A stretch of DNA of 64,000 bases from NCBI RefSeq assembly GCF_964355755.1, contig NC_092674.1, positions 15,872,001 through 15,936,000 on the forward strand. Direction: 5' to 3'. The notes under the pieces were generated by a model. That model had not been told where the DNA came from. It worked only from the letters and a program-made list of their open reading frames with translations, and did not search any database. Numbering within the stretch: the first letter of the stretch is position 1; every line of letters begins with the position of its first letter. This document shows, in pieces, positions 1-13,438 of this stretch. The stretch comes from Antedon mediterranea (taxonomy: Eukaryota; Animalia; Echinodermata). The translations under genes and the position numbers were made by a program.

Positions 1-1257
1 CACGAACTGTACCCACAGTAATTAGCTCTAGATATTGGAGGTGGTGTGAAAGTACAGTTAGCAACACATAGAAGTCACACTCGCTCTAGGCTACAGAAGG
101 GCCCAATGGTTCTTAAATTAACTCTTTGTTTGGTCATACTACAACCACTGACTTAATCTTAAATTGATTCCTGTCGTTCTTTGCGGCCAGACCTCTTAGG
201 TGCCTGATCATCAACAGTTATGTTGGTTCATTTAGGTTTACCAAGGACAAAATATTGTTCATTTGAACCACCAGATTACTAATATTCCCTGAAATATAAA
301 CGTATTTTGATCTTTATGTAGTAAAATATTTTACAGTAATATTTTTTATGATTTTTTAAATTAACATGATGTTATGAAATCCCCTGAAAACACTGTTACT
401 TTTGTTTTTCAGCTCGGCTGGTCACTTGTTGCTTTATAAACACTAGGCCTTACTAAAAGAAGTAGGCCTACTGTGTGTTTAGGTTGAGGATGTGATATTG
501 TTAATACATTATATTTATTGTTTTCATTTAAAAATAGTAAAATAATGAAAAATATTCTAATTGAAATTACTATACTATTATTAAATTAGCAGTAAAATTC
601 ATTATCTCCTGTCTTGCCATCCAAAATCAAACACATTATCAATTAGGCTACTATCATCGTCACTTTTAAGTTTCATCCTCTTAATCACTTAGAAATGTTC
701 GTTCAGGCTCAAATAAGAAACCTAGCCTACTTGTGGCAGGCTTGCAACCTTCAGCATGTAAACATTGCTGTGAACCTTTGATTACATCACATGTTTTTAA
801 TTTCTTTGTTAATTGGTGAAAATAAAATTAAAATGTGGTCGCATAACGATAGTCATTGATAAGTACAAATATGAAATTTATATACTTTATAACTAGCTCC
901 TTTATATTTGATATTTTAATTTATGAATAAAACATGTGTTGGACAGAAAACAGAAATCGGTGAATTTACATATTATGAAAGTAAAGATATATATCATAAT
1001 AAGTTTTTTCCAGAATATTAATAATGATATTGGGTGGTACATAACTTCGCATTTTCTAATTTGAAACGAAACCGCTTTGAAACGCGATACTATCCAAGGG
1101 GAAAATTCCAGTTGAGACCATTGGTTCATTAACTGGTGTTGTCAACTGGTGTTTCCAACTGGTTTTCCAATAGTTTAACTATTATTTTTTTAACGAACTG
1201 GTCCAATCGGTTTTTCAACTGGGTATGCATCTAGTAGCTACCGTACTACTCTAGGCG

Positions 1258-1410
1258 ATTTCGATCCAAGTCGGCCCCAAACCGTCTCGGCCAAAGTCAA
1301 GTCGGCCCACGTCAAGTCGGCCCCAAGTCAACTCGGCCTCAAGTCATCTCGGCCTCACGTCAACTCGGCCAAAAACTAATCGGTCAACTCAGCCACAATA
1401 AAGTATGGAA
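1258..1410 (+). repeat. GC-rich short-period repeat (AAGTCGGCCC / CAACTCGGCC) at the end of a dispersed element
   Basis: Several AAGTCGGCCC / TCAACTCGGCC units are followed by CAAAAACTAATCGGTCAACTC...ATAAAGTATGGAA. A homologous copy lies at about 60436-60532. Confidence 0.7.
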
Positions 1411-1504
1411 GTATCGACCTGCACCCCTCTAGGCCTATTATCATCATGCTAGGCCTAGTTTCACAACGCGAAAAAGATCTCTACATGATTTCTGTATTGG
1501 AACG

Positions 1505-1635
1505 CCTGGCCAGGCCTAGGGTAGCGGGACCGTCCGGCCCGGGAGAGTTCAACCCAGGAACGTCCGGCCCGGGACCGTCCGGCCCGGGACTGTCCGACCC
1601 GGGAGACTTCGACCCAGGAACGTTCGGCCCGGCTT
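1505..1635. repeat. 15-bp GC-rich tandem repeat (GGGACCGTCCGGCCC-like)
   Basis: Degenerate 15-mers are directly visible. They generate the spurious G-P-rich ORF at 1446-1637. Confidence 0.75.
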
Positions 1636-2344
1636 AAATTTATCGGCTTTGATATTTATATGCATAAAATAAGCTTTTTTCCCCAACCTTTATTTTAGAG
1701 AGACTTTGGGGTAGGCCTAGTACTACTAGGGATAAAGATGCAATAAAGCAAACATTTTGAAAACATTGTCGAAAATGATAATTTACGCCGTCTGTTGGCC
1801 GCTTGGCGAATGCACAAAGTTTTTGAATAAATTGAATATAAAATTAGGCCTAGGGCTAGGCCTAGGCCTATGTTTTTTTATTTAGTACTGTAATTTATTT
1901 CATAATATATCACAATAAAATACGGATTGTTAAACACCTTTAAAAACTTGATAAATATCCAAAAAAATGAATATGAATTTGGTCTAAAGTGAGACGTTTC
2001 GGCCCACAAAGTGGGATGTTTCGGCCCAAAAGTGGGCCGAATCGTCCCAGGCCGAATCTTCTCAGGGCCGAATCGTCCCGGATTCTAGGGCCTCAGGCTT
2101 AGTTTAGGTAGCCCAGGTGACACGATTTAGACCTATCTATTGAACATTTATATATTTAGCAATATTATATCAAACATTACGTACATGGAGCTTCAAAGTT
2201 CAACCTTTTTTCCATTATATAGTTATAAAAGTACGTAGGGCCTAGGCCTACACTAATACCAATTATATTTTTGCCAACATTATTTTTGTTTGTAGTGCTC
2301 CTTTCTCCGTGCAAATATTGAGGGCGTAATTTTCATGAAAACAA

Positions 2345-2518
2345 CCAGTGAGGTAAAGCCGAAGGCTAGAGGGCGTACTTCAGACTTTATGTGGTATTAA
2401 TGTATTATATTAGATTATTTTTTATATTAAATAATTTTTTTGAACACATTTACGACCCCTCCTGTTGGAATCACTTTTCAGTCCGCCCTCTAGCCTTCAG
2501 CTTATTACATCTCGCTGG
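2345..2518. mobile_element. small MITE-like inverted-repeat element
   Basis: CAGTGAGGTAAAGCCGAAGGCTAGAGGGCG at the left end and CGCCCTCTAGCCTTCAGCTTATTACATCTCGCTG at the right end are imperfect reverse complements. Confidence 0.55.
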
Positions 2519-3430
2519 ATAACCTTATTATAACAATGTATTTTATATTATGTATTATAACCAATTTATTGTTATTTATAAGTTCAAATTGGTCTTTAAA
2601 TACATTGTATGTTTATATTATGTATCTATTCAGTCAGATCACCTTTTAAAAAAATCCTTTGCAATTAAAGGTAAAATGTCAATATTGACCAATTACATAA
2701 TTTGCCTATAAAACCAAATAGCAACTAAGTACATTTAAGACAAAATGTGATATTTTATCATTCTGCTGAGACATCAATCAATTATACCATGGAGGTATAC
2801 CTCCATGATCATACACAGTCAAAAGAGCACATTCATAATTACACCAGTTGACATAGTTCAACATGTTACCTAGTTATATACTAAATAATGCAAAGTTAAC
2901 CAAAATAAGAGATCGATGGTCATAAATGTAATCACGTTATTTCAGTAAAGTTATGGTATTTCTGATATTTTTTTCTAGAGTGCGCATTATTTTAAAAGTA
3001 TTTTAATAGTGTAAAATGAATAATAAAATTAATGATATGACATGTTATGATGTTAAAATGTTACGCTGACCTTTAATGATTTGTCACAACTTTATTAGGG
3101 TTACAATATTCGTTTTTGGGCAATAAACTACTGTTCATCAGAATCAGCATCCACAAAACAGGGCATAGGCATATCGGGAGGCAGATCCACCCAATCCACC
3201 ACCTTTAATTTCGACAATGCAAAAGTAGGTTAACATCACCAATTCACAATTTCTAGGACTCTGACCGTATCAAAGCAAAATGCCGTGTTGCGTAATCACT
3301 AGTGGTGGAACAGTCGACGCAACAGTGCTGCAAACATCGCTACAGGCAGTTTGATTTCAAGCAACAACGCAAGTCAAACCTGGTCAAAGTTTACGGCAAC
3401 TAACGTTGACGAGCAAACCTAACAGGATTT

Positions 3431-5270
3431 AACTTACTTTTTACTTAGGTGATATACTGGACGCAGGACTAAAGTCCTCTATATCCAGATCCAATATTGG
3501 TCCAATCCTGGTATTTTGAATCCTTGTGATTGTATATTACTGGTTGATTCCGCCCGAATTTGTCAAGGCTATTTTTAAAACTGTTTAGTGAGGTTGCTAT
3601 CACAACATGTTCAGGTAGTGCATTCCAATTATCGGTTATACGGTTACTAAAGAAAAATATCCTTTTATCCAAATAGGAAACTCTCTTAGCTAGCTTAAGA
3701 GAGTGCCTCCGTGTTCTATTAGATACATTTAGTTTTAGGAAATCAGATACTGATTTATCATAATAGCCATTTAGAATTTTGAAAGTTTCAATCATATCAT
3801 TACGACATTCTTCTATAGACCAAAGTAGGCAGTTTTAAAGCTCTTCATCTTTCTGCATAATTAAGGGATTAAACGTGTAGCTCTACGTTGAACACTTTCT
3901 TGAACACTTTCTAGAAGATCTATATGTTTCTCTAAATATGGATACCACACATAAATACTATTTTCCAATTTGGGGTCTGACAATGGCTTTATACAACAAA
4001 AGTAGAATTTCTGCATTCAGATAAGTGAAAACTCGCCTAATCAGTCCCATTAGCCTATTTGCCTTGTTGACCTTCTCTGTTATATGCATTTCAAATGATA
4101 ATTTACTATCTATTATAATTCCAAGGTCTTTCTCATAGTCGACATGTAGGAGATTTTCAGTATTACTATACTGGTTCCAATGAATACTCATATTGAATAT
4201 GTGTTGCATTCCTTCTTCTTAATTCCAAAACCTTACATTTCTGTATATTAAACTCAAGTAACCATGTTTCACACCATTTCCTTAAAGACTCAAGATCCTT
4301 ATGTAATAATAAATGATCATTTAAATTTGAAACCTCTCTATAAATGTTTGTGTCATCTGCAAAAAGTAATACCTCAAAATTTACACATTCTGGCATATCG
4401 TTGATATAAATAACAAAGAGGAGTGGCCCTATGACGCTGCCTTGTGGGATTCCACCTGAAACATTAGGCCATTCTGATGCTTTTCCATTTACTATTACTC
4501 TCTGAGTTCTATCATATCTATACAGAAATGAATCGATCCACATACCAACTTCTTCAAGAATGCCATAGCTTTCAAGTTTTCATAGAAGCCTACGATGTGG
4601 AACCTTGTCAAAGGCTTTGACAAAGTCCATGTAAATGACATAAATTGATCCACCCTTATCTATTAATTCTGTCCATTGATCCAAGGCCTTCAACAATTGT
4701 AAAGTTGTAGAAAAAAATCCAAATTGCTTATCAGAAGGTAAATTGTTATCTTCTTGTAAATGCAAAATCAAACGATCCCTCACGATTGATTCGAAAAACT
4801 TACAGATAACACTTGTGAGGCTAACCGGACAATAGTTACTGGGTACTGATTTCTTTCCTTTTTTAAAAATTGCAGTAACATTTGTCTCCACTGGTCAGGT
4901 AGATGTCCAGATTGTAAGGATGTCTTCAATATCAAGCAAAAAGGAACACAGATAACTCTTGCCAGCTCGGATAGAACCCTTGGATGGAAACCATCTGATC
5001 CTGGTGACTTAGTAATATCTAACTTGTTCAACTTATTATACAATATTATGAGTTACATCAACTTTACTGAGAGGCGAATCAACCATCGTGGAAGCTAGCC
5101 AATACCAACATCTACCGTCTCAGTAATATACACACTGCTAAAAAACGTTGTCAAAGTTCTAGCTATATCTACATCTGTTTTTTTATGCACAGTGTTTACT
5201 AAGTCATTGTTATAGTTATTAGGTCAGGAACACCTTTCTTTTTTTCTTTCTCTTTTGTGGCTAACATCCA
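3431..5270 (-). mobile_element. decayed CR1-clade LINE, 5'-truncated ORF2 (reverse transcriptase)
   Basis: Frameshifted ORFs carry KSPGSDGFHPRVL, NYCPVSLTSVICK, YMDFVKAFDKVPH, GIPQGSVIGPLLF, LFADDT, EKDLGI and WNALPEHVV. The 3' end has a stem-loop (CTGGA..AGGACT-TT-AGTCCT..TCCAG) followed by AAGTA-type short repeats. Confidence 0.9.
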
Positions 5271-5271
5271 T

Positions 5272-6470
5272 CTTTATTCATTCAATATTTCATACATATT
5301 TCGTTCACATTTCATTTTCATAAATTAAATTTCCGTTTTCTACTTTTTTCGTTACTTTCTGATTTTCACTCTTTTAACCTTTATACATATAGTGGTTTGA
5401 TTATATGCATATATTCTGGCATACAGGTTTTTTAAGTTCAGTTTTAATTTTAATTATGTATATGACGGAGTCGTTGATAGCCGAGTGGTTAGGACACTTG
5501 ACTGTCATACAGATAGACCCGGGTTCAATTCCCGACAACTCCCAGTCCACTCAGCTGTAAATGAGTACCTGGTTGAAAATACTAGGGAGAAAAAAGGCGG
5601 CGTGGAAAGGAACTGGCCACCCTACCACATAATGCCGAGGCTTAGTACAATGAGCTCCTAACAGCTCATTCCCCTACGTTCAGAGAACACGGGACTCACC
5701 TTTACCTTTACCTTTATATGACGTACACAGCTATTGAATACAATCGATTTTTTAATTGACATTTACTTCCTAACAGGAGTTCTTTGAACGAGCTACTGCT
5801 GTTATCTAGCTTTTTAAATATATTGTCAATTTTTTTCCACAGTATTTGATTACTACGTCTACAATAATAAAACATGTTTTTCGTCTTCAATGACTCCACA
5901 ATTGTTACATATGTTATTATTTTTCAGTTTCCAGTTATACAGTTTTAGATTTGTAGGTACAATTCTATTTAGTAATTTGTAATTCAATTGGGCAAATTTC
6001 TTAATTTTTTCGTTTTCACTTTTCTTTTCCAGACATCACACCACTTGATATCTTCATTAAATATGTTATTCCATTTAAGTATGCTATTTAGAGTTTGTGT
6101 ATCTTCAAAACTTTTTTGGATTTTATTTAGCCTGGAGTGCAATATTTTTTTCTATCATTCTTTTATTTTTCCTAGTTAGTGATCTAACATGGTTTCGAAG
6201 CCTAGATAGTATAGAGATAATCAAAACTGTTTTGCAGAACTGGGCAATGACAAAAATCTTCACAGAATAGTGTCCTGAAGTTGTGAAACATGTGTGCTCA
6301 GACAACAAAACTCAGATTTAATCATCTTTTTTAGAGATAATTCATTTTAATTATAGCAATGCAAGAATATTCCCTTTTGGTGCACAGACTAGTGTTTGGA
6401 TTGTCCAGAAATTCATGGACATGGGTTCTAGATTTATATATTCAATAAGTTGCTATGTACATATTCTGGA
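5272..6470 (-). mobile_element. 3' fragment of an L1/Tx1-clade LINE (C-terminal zinc-binding region), interrupted by a SINE
   Basis: Minus-strand translation at about 5860-6000 reads KKFAQLNYKLLNRIVPTNLKLYNWKLKNNNICNNCGVIEDEKHVLL (zf-RVT-like). An AATAAA lies at the 3' end near 5273. The 5' boundary is approximate. Confidence 0.65.
5467..5714 (+). mobile_element. tRNA(Asp)-derived SINE with (ACCTTT)n tail and target-site duplication
   Basis: A box TAGCCGAGTGG, B box GGTTCAATTCC, an Asp-like CTGTCA anticodon region, central CCACTCAGCTGTAAATGAGTACC and tail ACCTTTACCTTTACCTTT. Flanked by TATATGAC at 5459-5466 and 5715-5722. Confidence 0.85.
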
Positions 6471-8119
6471 CATACTAGTTGAACTACTATGTTCTGATTG
6501 TAATGGGGATGAAAAAAGTGATAACCAATAGACGCTTATCCACCAAAGTGCGCAAGGCGCCTGTAAAAAACCAATGGAAACTAATCCGTAAACTTGACAA
6601 AACTACCAAATCTAGACAAAAACCACATAATTGCACTTTGTTAAGGTGCACAGACGACTCCAATCATGTTCTTACCAATCTTTGCAAAATGAATTTTTTA
6701 AAGTTTTATAAGTTTTGCTTTAACAATTTATTTTATTTAAGGTCAGCGTAATTGATTTTGTTCTGCATGGAACCCCCGCAGTTTAAACGCGGAAAAAACC
6801 ACAGATGAATAGATTCTCTTTCTTGAGCTACATATGCTCACTTTATTTCTATTCTTCCGTTCATCCGGTAAATTAAAACAAAAACAAACAGAGAAACAAT
6901 TGAAACGGCGCCATTAAGCATGTCACTAACGTACAGTATACTACGGCTTATCACACATAATTCGCGTTAACATGGTCATACTATCATCATTATGTCTATC
7001 AAACTTAACTAATTCATCAGTAAATAATAAATACAATTATATAATGTAAATACCTGATACTAGGGCTCATTTATATATGATTATGTCTCCACACAGAGCA
7101 TTGAAGGTGTACAACAACGTTAATACAACGTATCGCCTATAGTGCACCGCTCTAATACAATCGTGACTAGTAGCCTAATTTACAGGTATCAAGGTGCGAT
7201 ACATAACAGATTTGATTAATTGCACTATAATAATTAATTTGATTATTCAAGTGATGACATGATTGATTAACAGGATGTGAAAATAAATGTTTTGTTAAAA
7301 TGTTTTTATTTAGTTTTTAATATTGCAATTTGACCCTTAATCATTACATAAAAATGTAATAAAAGACCAAATTGTAATAATGGTATGCGAGCGAAGCAAG
7401 TGTGCTATCTAGGTCGTGCCCACAGATGGTTTTTTAATACACGGTCATTTCAGCGTAAAAAGGTTGGTTAGAGTTGGGGGATGGGAGAAGAGGATGGGTA
7501 CAAACGATTTTTAAATATATCCTTTATCCACTCAGTAATGAAATATGTGTTCATGTTTTATACGCCTATAAATAATATACCACTAAATACAATAAAACAT
7601 TTGCGATTTAATACTTTGTTAAAATTGTCACTTTAGTCAAGTCTAGGGGTCACTTCATCAAGCCTAGATACTTCAAGTGTGAAGTATCCTATTACAAACC
7701 AAAACTTTACTATTATGGACTGTTTTGATAATAATTCAATGATTATCTGACGGCGAATTTCAGTATTCAGTCAAATCACTGTAAATACCAGAAATAATGT
7801 TTGATTATTTGAGAGTGAATAAATATAATACTGGCCTAGGTTAACAGCAAGAACAAATTCATTATTTATTAAACAAGATTTTACAGATTACTGTCTACAT
7901 GATTATCAGCAAATTTGTTCATAGACTCTCTTCTCTCAGATTTGCTTTGGGGTTTGTAATTTTAGCATGACCTGTCCTAGTTTACAAAGTACCAAAAACG
8001 TCGGCCTCTAGTACTATAACTGCTGCTTGCTTTCAGCTTCTAAATGGGACGTAGCGGGCTAAAGCAGCAGCGTGAAAACGTATAATTATAAATCTATAAA
8101 AATAGTATTTTTTTTAAAG

Positions 8120-8670
8120 AAAATATTATGATGCTGTACTCGAGCTGTTCAACCGGTTTTCAGCCATTATAAACAATTATCCTAGAAGGATGGTTAATGC
8201 GACTGACAGTAGGTCCTACCCACACTCACAGTAATTAAGTTTATTTGTGTTTATATATATAAACAGTACCCACACTCACAGTACAGTAAGAAATTTGCGA
8301 TTCAAATGGCGACCAAAAGTTCAGTTTATTACCAAGGCTCCATAAATATACCTACTTGTGTTAAACCAAATAATTATACTGAAACTGAGAGATTGGAATG
8401 TTCTATTCATCACAAATCAATACATTTGTATAAACGTATGGTCATCCATTAGACAGTGTATACCACGATCGTAAAACACCCCTATAATTTGGTGCAAACC
8501 TATATTCGTTTTAATCGTCAATAACTAATTATCGAACTCAATTCAATTAGTATACAAGGTTACATCAGGTGGTTAAAATCAGTAGAGAAAGTACGAACCA
8601 ACTTTATATACCTTTGAGTAAAAATTCTAGAACGCGCGATTTACCGAATTCTGTATTTACGTAAATTTAT
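8120..8670. repeat. dispersed repeat, with an inverted and rearranged copy at about 23450-23780
   Basis: Blocks such as GAGATTGGAATGTTC, AATCAATACATTTGTATAAACGTAT and CATTAGACAGTGTATACCACGATCG occur as reverse complements at 23.45-23.78 kb. Confidence 0.65.
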
Positions 8671-9202
8671 ATTAGGCCTATAGATAATAATATAATACAT
8701 TGTTGTAATTGGTCAATTTTGAACTTTGACCTCTTTTATATTTTGACATATTGACCACATAAACTGACCTTAAAACCCAAAACTGAAGATGGCATCCACC
8801 CCTATTGTTTTCGTCACCCCACAAAGTATACATTCAACATTGTTTCCTGCTATTAACAACAAATGCCCCCAAACTGTATAGAGGACTTTTGTGTATTTGG
8901 CCTCTTGAGACTTCTCAAAAAACTGCCTAGAAAACGATTCAAGGGGCATTTTTGGGTAGAAGCTAGAATCCACATGATTTAGGATAATTCGACCTCGCTG
9001 ATTATGGCGGCCATTTTTTATAACTACCCTATATCTTGTAAACCGCTAGTCACAAATAATTAATTATTGTGTATTAAATTCACTCTAATAGCAAATTTTG
9101 TCAAAAAATGGATGCATGTCCTATTTCTGACATTTTGACGTTTGACCTTGATTTATCATATTATCTCAGCAACAGATATTCGCAGAGACAGGAAATAGGG
9201 CT

Positions 9203-11890
9203 CATCATCATCATCAGGCATCCTTCAGTCAAAATTGACTATGGAGACAACATTGGAGCGAGTTTCATCCGTTATCCAGTGAGTCTGTGTGAGTTCCAGT
9301 AGCTGATCTAGATTTTCTTTCAGATACCTCTCTTCATTTTCCATACGATATCTTTCTTCGCTGTGTACAAGTCCTGCCTTAATACAGTCTTGTCATGATT
9401 TTCGGTCATCAGCCTTTTTTTCCCAGGTGTTGAAATTGATGTCCATTGCATTTAAGTCTCTTTTACATGCATCTTTGAAACGCAAAAGTGGACGTACTTT
9501 GGATCTTTTACAATTCGCTAGCTCACCGTCCAACATAACCTTTGGAGTTCTTGTATCATCCATTCTTCTGAAATGACCAAGCCATCGCGTAGTCTTCGAT
9601 GTCGAATTAATGTAAACATCGAAGGAATGCCACATCTATCAAGGATACTGTTGTTTGTTACCCTGTCCTGCCATCTGATATTTAAGACAGCGGAGGTGAA
9701 ATACATTTAGTTTCTTTTCTTGTCTAGCATAGGTTGTCCACGATTCAGCTCCATACAAGAAGACACTAATGACACATGCCATATACACTTTGATCTTCAC
9801 AGCCACTCTAATATTTTTTGTTTTCCCAAATACGTACAGACAACTGACTGAAAGTACTAGAGTTGTTATAAGTTATAACTGAACCAAGGTAAGAAAATTT
9901 ACTAACATTTTTACAAAGTGTTCACAGGCACATGAAAATGTATCAAGTAGAAGTTGTAGACCATTAGAAGGATGGCTGCAGAAACAGGCATCATCTGCAT
10001 AAAGAAAATCACGAAGAAGAACCTTAAATATTTTTTTCTCAGTTTTAAGTCTGGCCGGGTTGTACAGCTTGCCAGTAGATCTACAATGCAATAAAACTCC
10101 TTCCATAAGATTAGGTTCAAAAGCTATTTGGAGGACGACTGCAAAGTAAATCCCAAAAAGAAGAGGGGCAGGAACATCTCCTTGTTTTGTCCCTTTCTCG
10201 ACATCAAATGGGTCAGACACTGCTCCATTGTACTTGACAGTAGCTTGCATTCCTTGATGGAAGGATCGGATAATATTTAATAGAGTAGGTGGATATCCAA
10301 TTTTCCTTATGAGTTCAAATAGACAGTCTCTGTTAATAAGGTCAAAAGCCTTAGTGAGATCGATAAATGCCAGCTGTTTTTCCTCAACACATTTTTCCTG
10401 CAGCTGTCTAATAGAGAAAGTCATATCAATGGTAGATCTTCCAGAGAGAAAACCACACCGAGACTCTGGATATACCCTTTCCGCTAAAGGCAGCAGACGT
10501 TGTAGAACTACTTTTCCACAGATATTGAGAAGAGAAATGACGCGATAATTATCACAGCAACCACGATCACCTTTATTCTTGTCCAGAGTGACAATGGATG
10601 CATTCTTGAAATCCTGTGGAACTTTAACAAGAGACCAACAGAGACTAATAACCTCATGCAGATGATGTATTACAGTCAGGCCACCTGCTTTAACAATTTC
10701 AGTTGGTATACCATCATCACCAGGAGCCCTGCCTGAAGACCATTGCTTTTACTGCTGATCGTACTTCATCCATAGTTGGGTAGGAATCAAGTTCCAACTT
10801 AGTTGGTAAATTTTGAACATTTCTGAGTTCCTTCTGGGATACAGGCATCTTAGTTTGGTAAACCTCTGAGTAATGTTCTACCTATCGGTCCATCTGTTTC
10901 TTCTGATCGATTATCACATTACCATTTCGGTCTTTAATTTGTGCTGTTTTCTATTGCACTGGCCCAATAGCTTTTCGGATTCCTTCATACATTTTCTTCA
11001 AATACCCTGTATCAGCATCTTGTTGTATCTGAGCACTAAGTTCCTCCCAGTACTCGTTGAACAACAGCCCTTGCTAAACGTAGAGAGGCAAGATTATGCC
11101 GTGTAGCGTGAGTCTTGTAAGCTAACAGAGCTGTACGTTTCTTCTCAATGACGGGCAGTAACTTTTCAGACTTTTCTTCAAACCAGTCTTTGTTGTTTTT
11201 TATTTTCTTACCAAACACTTGTATAGCAGAGTCATAAATTGCAGTTTTCTTTTTTCCCCAGTATTCTTTAATATTTTTGCAATCATCCTGAATAGCAAGA
11301 TTGTTTGCTAATTGATGTTCAAACTTTGCACATTTACCAGTGTCTCGTATTTTCTTGACATTGATCTTCCGACGAGGGTGATGTTTGGTTTTTGGTCTTT
11401 GCTTTTTTGCGACTGCAGACCAGAGAGTGGTCTGTCTCACAAACTGCACTATGAAACGTACGAGTATTTTTAACATCATTTAAGGAAGAACGGCGCGTGA
11501 TGATCAAGTCAAGCTGATGCCAATGTTTAGACCTAGGGTGTCTCCATGAAACTTTGTGAAAAGTCTTTGAAAAATGTGTTAGTTACGCGAAGTTTGAAGT
11601 ATGAGCATAATTCATGAATCCTTTGTCCATTTTCATTTAGCTTTCCAACACCAAAATTCCCTAAGCAGCGCATGCTGGCCATGCTGTCCTGTTGTCACCA
11701 ACTCGAGAATTAAATTCACCAAGCAAAATTAAAGGTGTTTTCGCAGGAATGCTCTTAATAAAAGAATGCAGATATTGATAAAACTGATCTTTAACCTCGT
11801 CGGAACTCGTAAGTGTTGGTGCATACAAACTCAAGATGACAGGTGACTCAATAGAGTTTGAAAGCCTAATTGTAAGCGACCTCTCATTAA
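9203..11890 (-). mobile_element. decayed RTE-clade LINE (APE endonuclease + RT)
   Basis: Motifs YAPTLTSSDEVKDQFY, SWRHPRSKHWHQLDLIITRR, RQLQEKCVE, AFIDLTKAFD, GTKQGDVPAPLLF, LYADDA and RWLGHFRRMDDTRTPK. The RTE-type 3' end GACTGAAGGATGCC is followed by (TGA)n. Confidence 0.9.
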
Positions 11891-12950
11891 TTACCTATTT
11901 TTCTTCCATAGAATTTGTAAGTAAAAAGTAAAGTAAGAATTTACGGAATTTTGTTTTATAGAATTCTTGAATAAAGCAATATTTTTCTTAAAATAAGAAA
12001 GAATTTACCTATTTTTCTTTCATAGAATTCTTGTTTTAAGCAATATTTTTTTTAATAAGTAAGAATTATACCGATTTTTTAAAATGGGAATTCTTGTTTT
12101 AAGCACTATTTTTCTTATAAAAAAGAAAGAAGGTACCTATTTTTCTTCCATAGAATTCTTGCTGCAAGCAATATTTGTTTTAAATAAGTAAAAATATACC
12201 GAATTTTGTTTTATAGAATACTTGTTTGAAGCAATATTTTTCTTGAAAAAGGAAGAATTTACCGATTTTTATTTTATAGAATTCTTGTTTCAAGCAATAT
12301 TTTTCTTTAAATATGTAAGAATTTAACAATTTTCTATGGGAATTCTTGTATAAAGCAATATTTTTCTTAAAATAAGAAAGAATTTACCTATTTTTCTTTC
12401 ATAGAATTCTTGTTTTAAGCAAAAACTTTTTTTAATAAGTAAGAATTTTACCGATTTTTAAAAATGGGAATTCTTGTTTTAAGCAATATTTTTCTTATAA
12501 AAAAGAAAGAATGTACCTATTTTTATTTTATAGAATTTTTGTACCAAGCAATATTTTTCTTAAAATAAGTACAAATTTATCGATTTCAATTTCATAGAAT
12601 TCTTGTTTTAAGCAATATTTTTTTTTAATATGTAAGAATTTTACTGATTTTTTAAAATGGGAATTCTTGTTTCAAGCAATATTTTTCTTAAAATAAGTAA
12701 AAATTTACCAATTGTTTATGGGAATTCTTGCATCAAGCAATATTTCTCTTAAAATAAGTACAAACTTACCGATTTTCATTTCATAGAATTCTTGTTTCAA
12801 GCAAAAGTTTTCTTAAAATAAGATAACTTATTTATAGAATTCTTGTTTCAAGCAATATTTTTCTTTAAATAAGTTAGAATTTCCCGATTTTTATTTTGTA
12901 GAATTCTTGTTTTAGGCAAAATTTGTTTAAACAATTAGTACAATATTCTT
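11890..12950. repeat. AT-rich minisatellite, unit about 54 bp, about 19-20 copies
   Basis: Recurrent unit AAGTAAGAATTTACCGATTTT...ATAGAATTCTTGTTTTAAGCAATATTTTTCTTAAAAT. Confidence 0.9.
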
Positions 12951-13438
12951 ATAAGGAAAAGGTAAAATTCCAACACAAAAACGCAGTTTAAAAAATGTTA
13001 GCAATGATCGTATATGATCTTTGGTTTTCGATCGGTTGGTAGGCCTACCTCTATATAACGTGTAAGTACAATACAGTACTGCATTTACATCTATACAGTG
13101 ATATAACCATTAGTAACCTATAACTTCTCTGTCTTTATATATTTAGCAATTTATGATAGACGAATGAGATAAACCAGCGTTTTTTGTTTGTACTGGAAAT
13201 ATTAATAATCTGACATACATTACTAGTTTTCGTGTCCTGGGCTATATTAAATTATCGTTAGCTTAGCGCATTTCCAGGTCAAACATACCCAATAAGCCAT
13301 TCTCGGATGGGCCTAAGCATGACCATAATATATTCATGAAATTATGTTAATTAAATAATTTCAAAACATAATTTATTTTAGGATTTGAAATTACAAATAT
13401 ACATGAAGTAAGGAACAGCATACAATTCAATATTTGAA

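Noticed and set aside
1446-1637. collagen-like G-P-rich ORF
   Set aside because: It is the translation of a 15-bp tandem repeat. The periodicity is five residues, not Gly-X-Y, and there is no gene context.
5467-5545. tRNA-Asp gene
   Set aside because: The anticodon stem is imperfect, and the tRNA-like head continues into a SINE body, tail and TSD.
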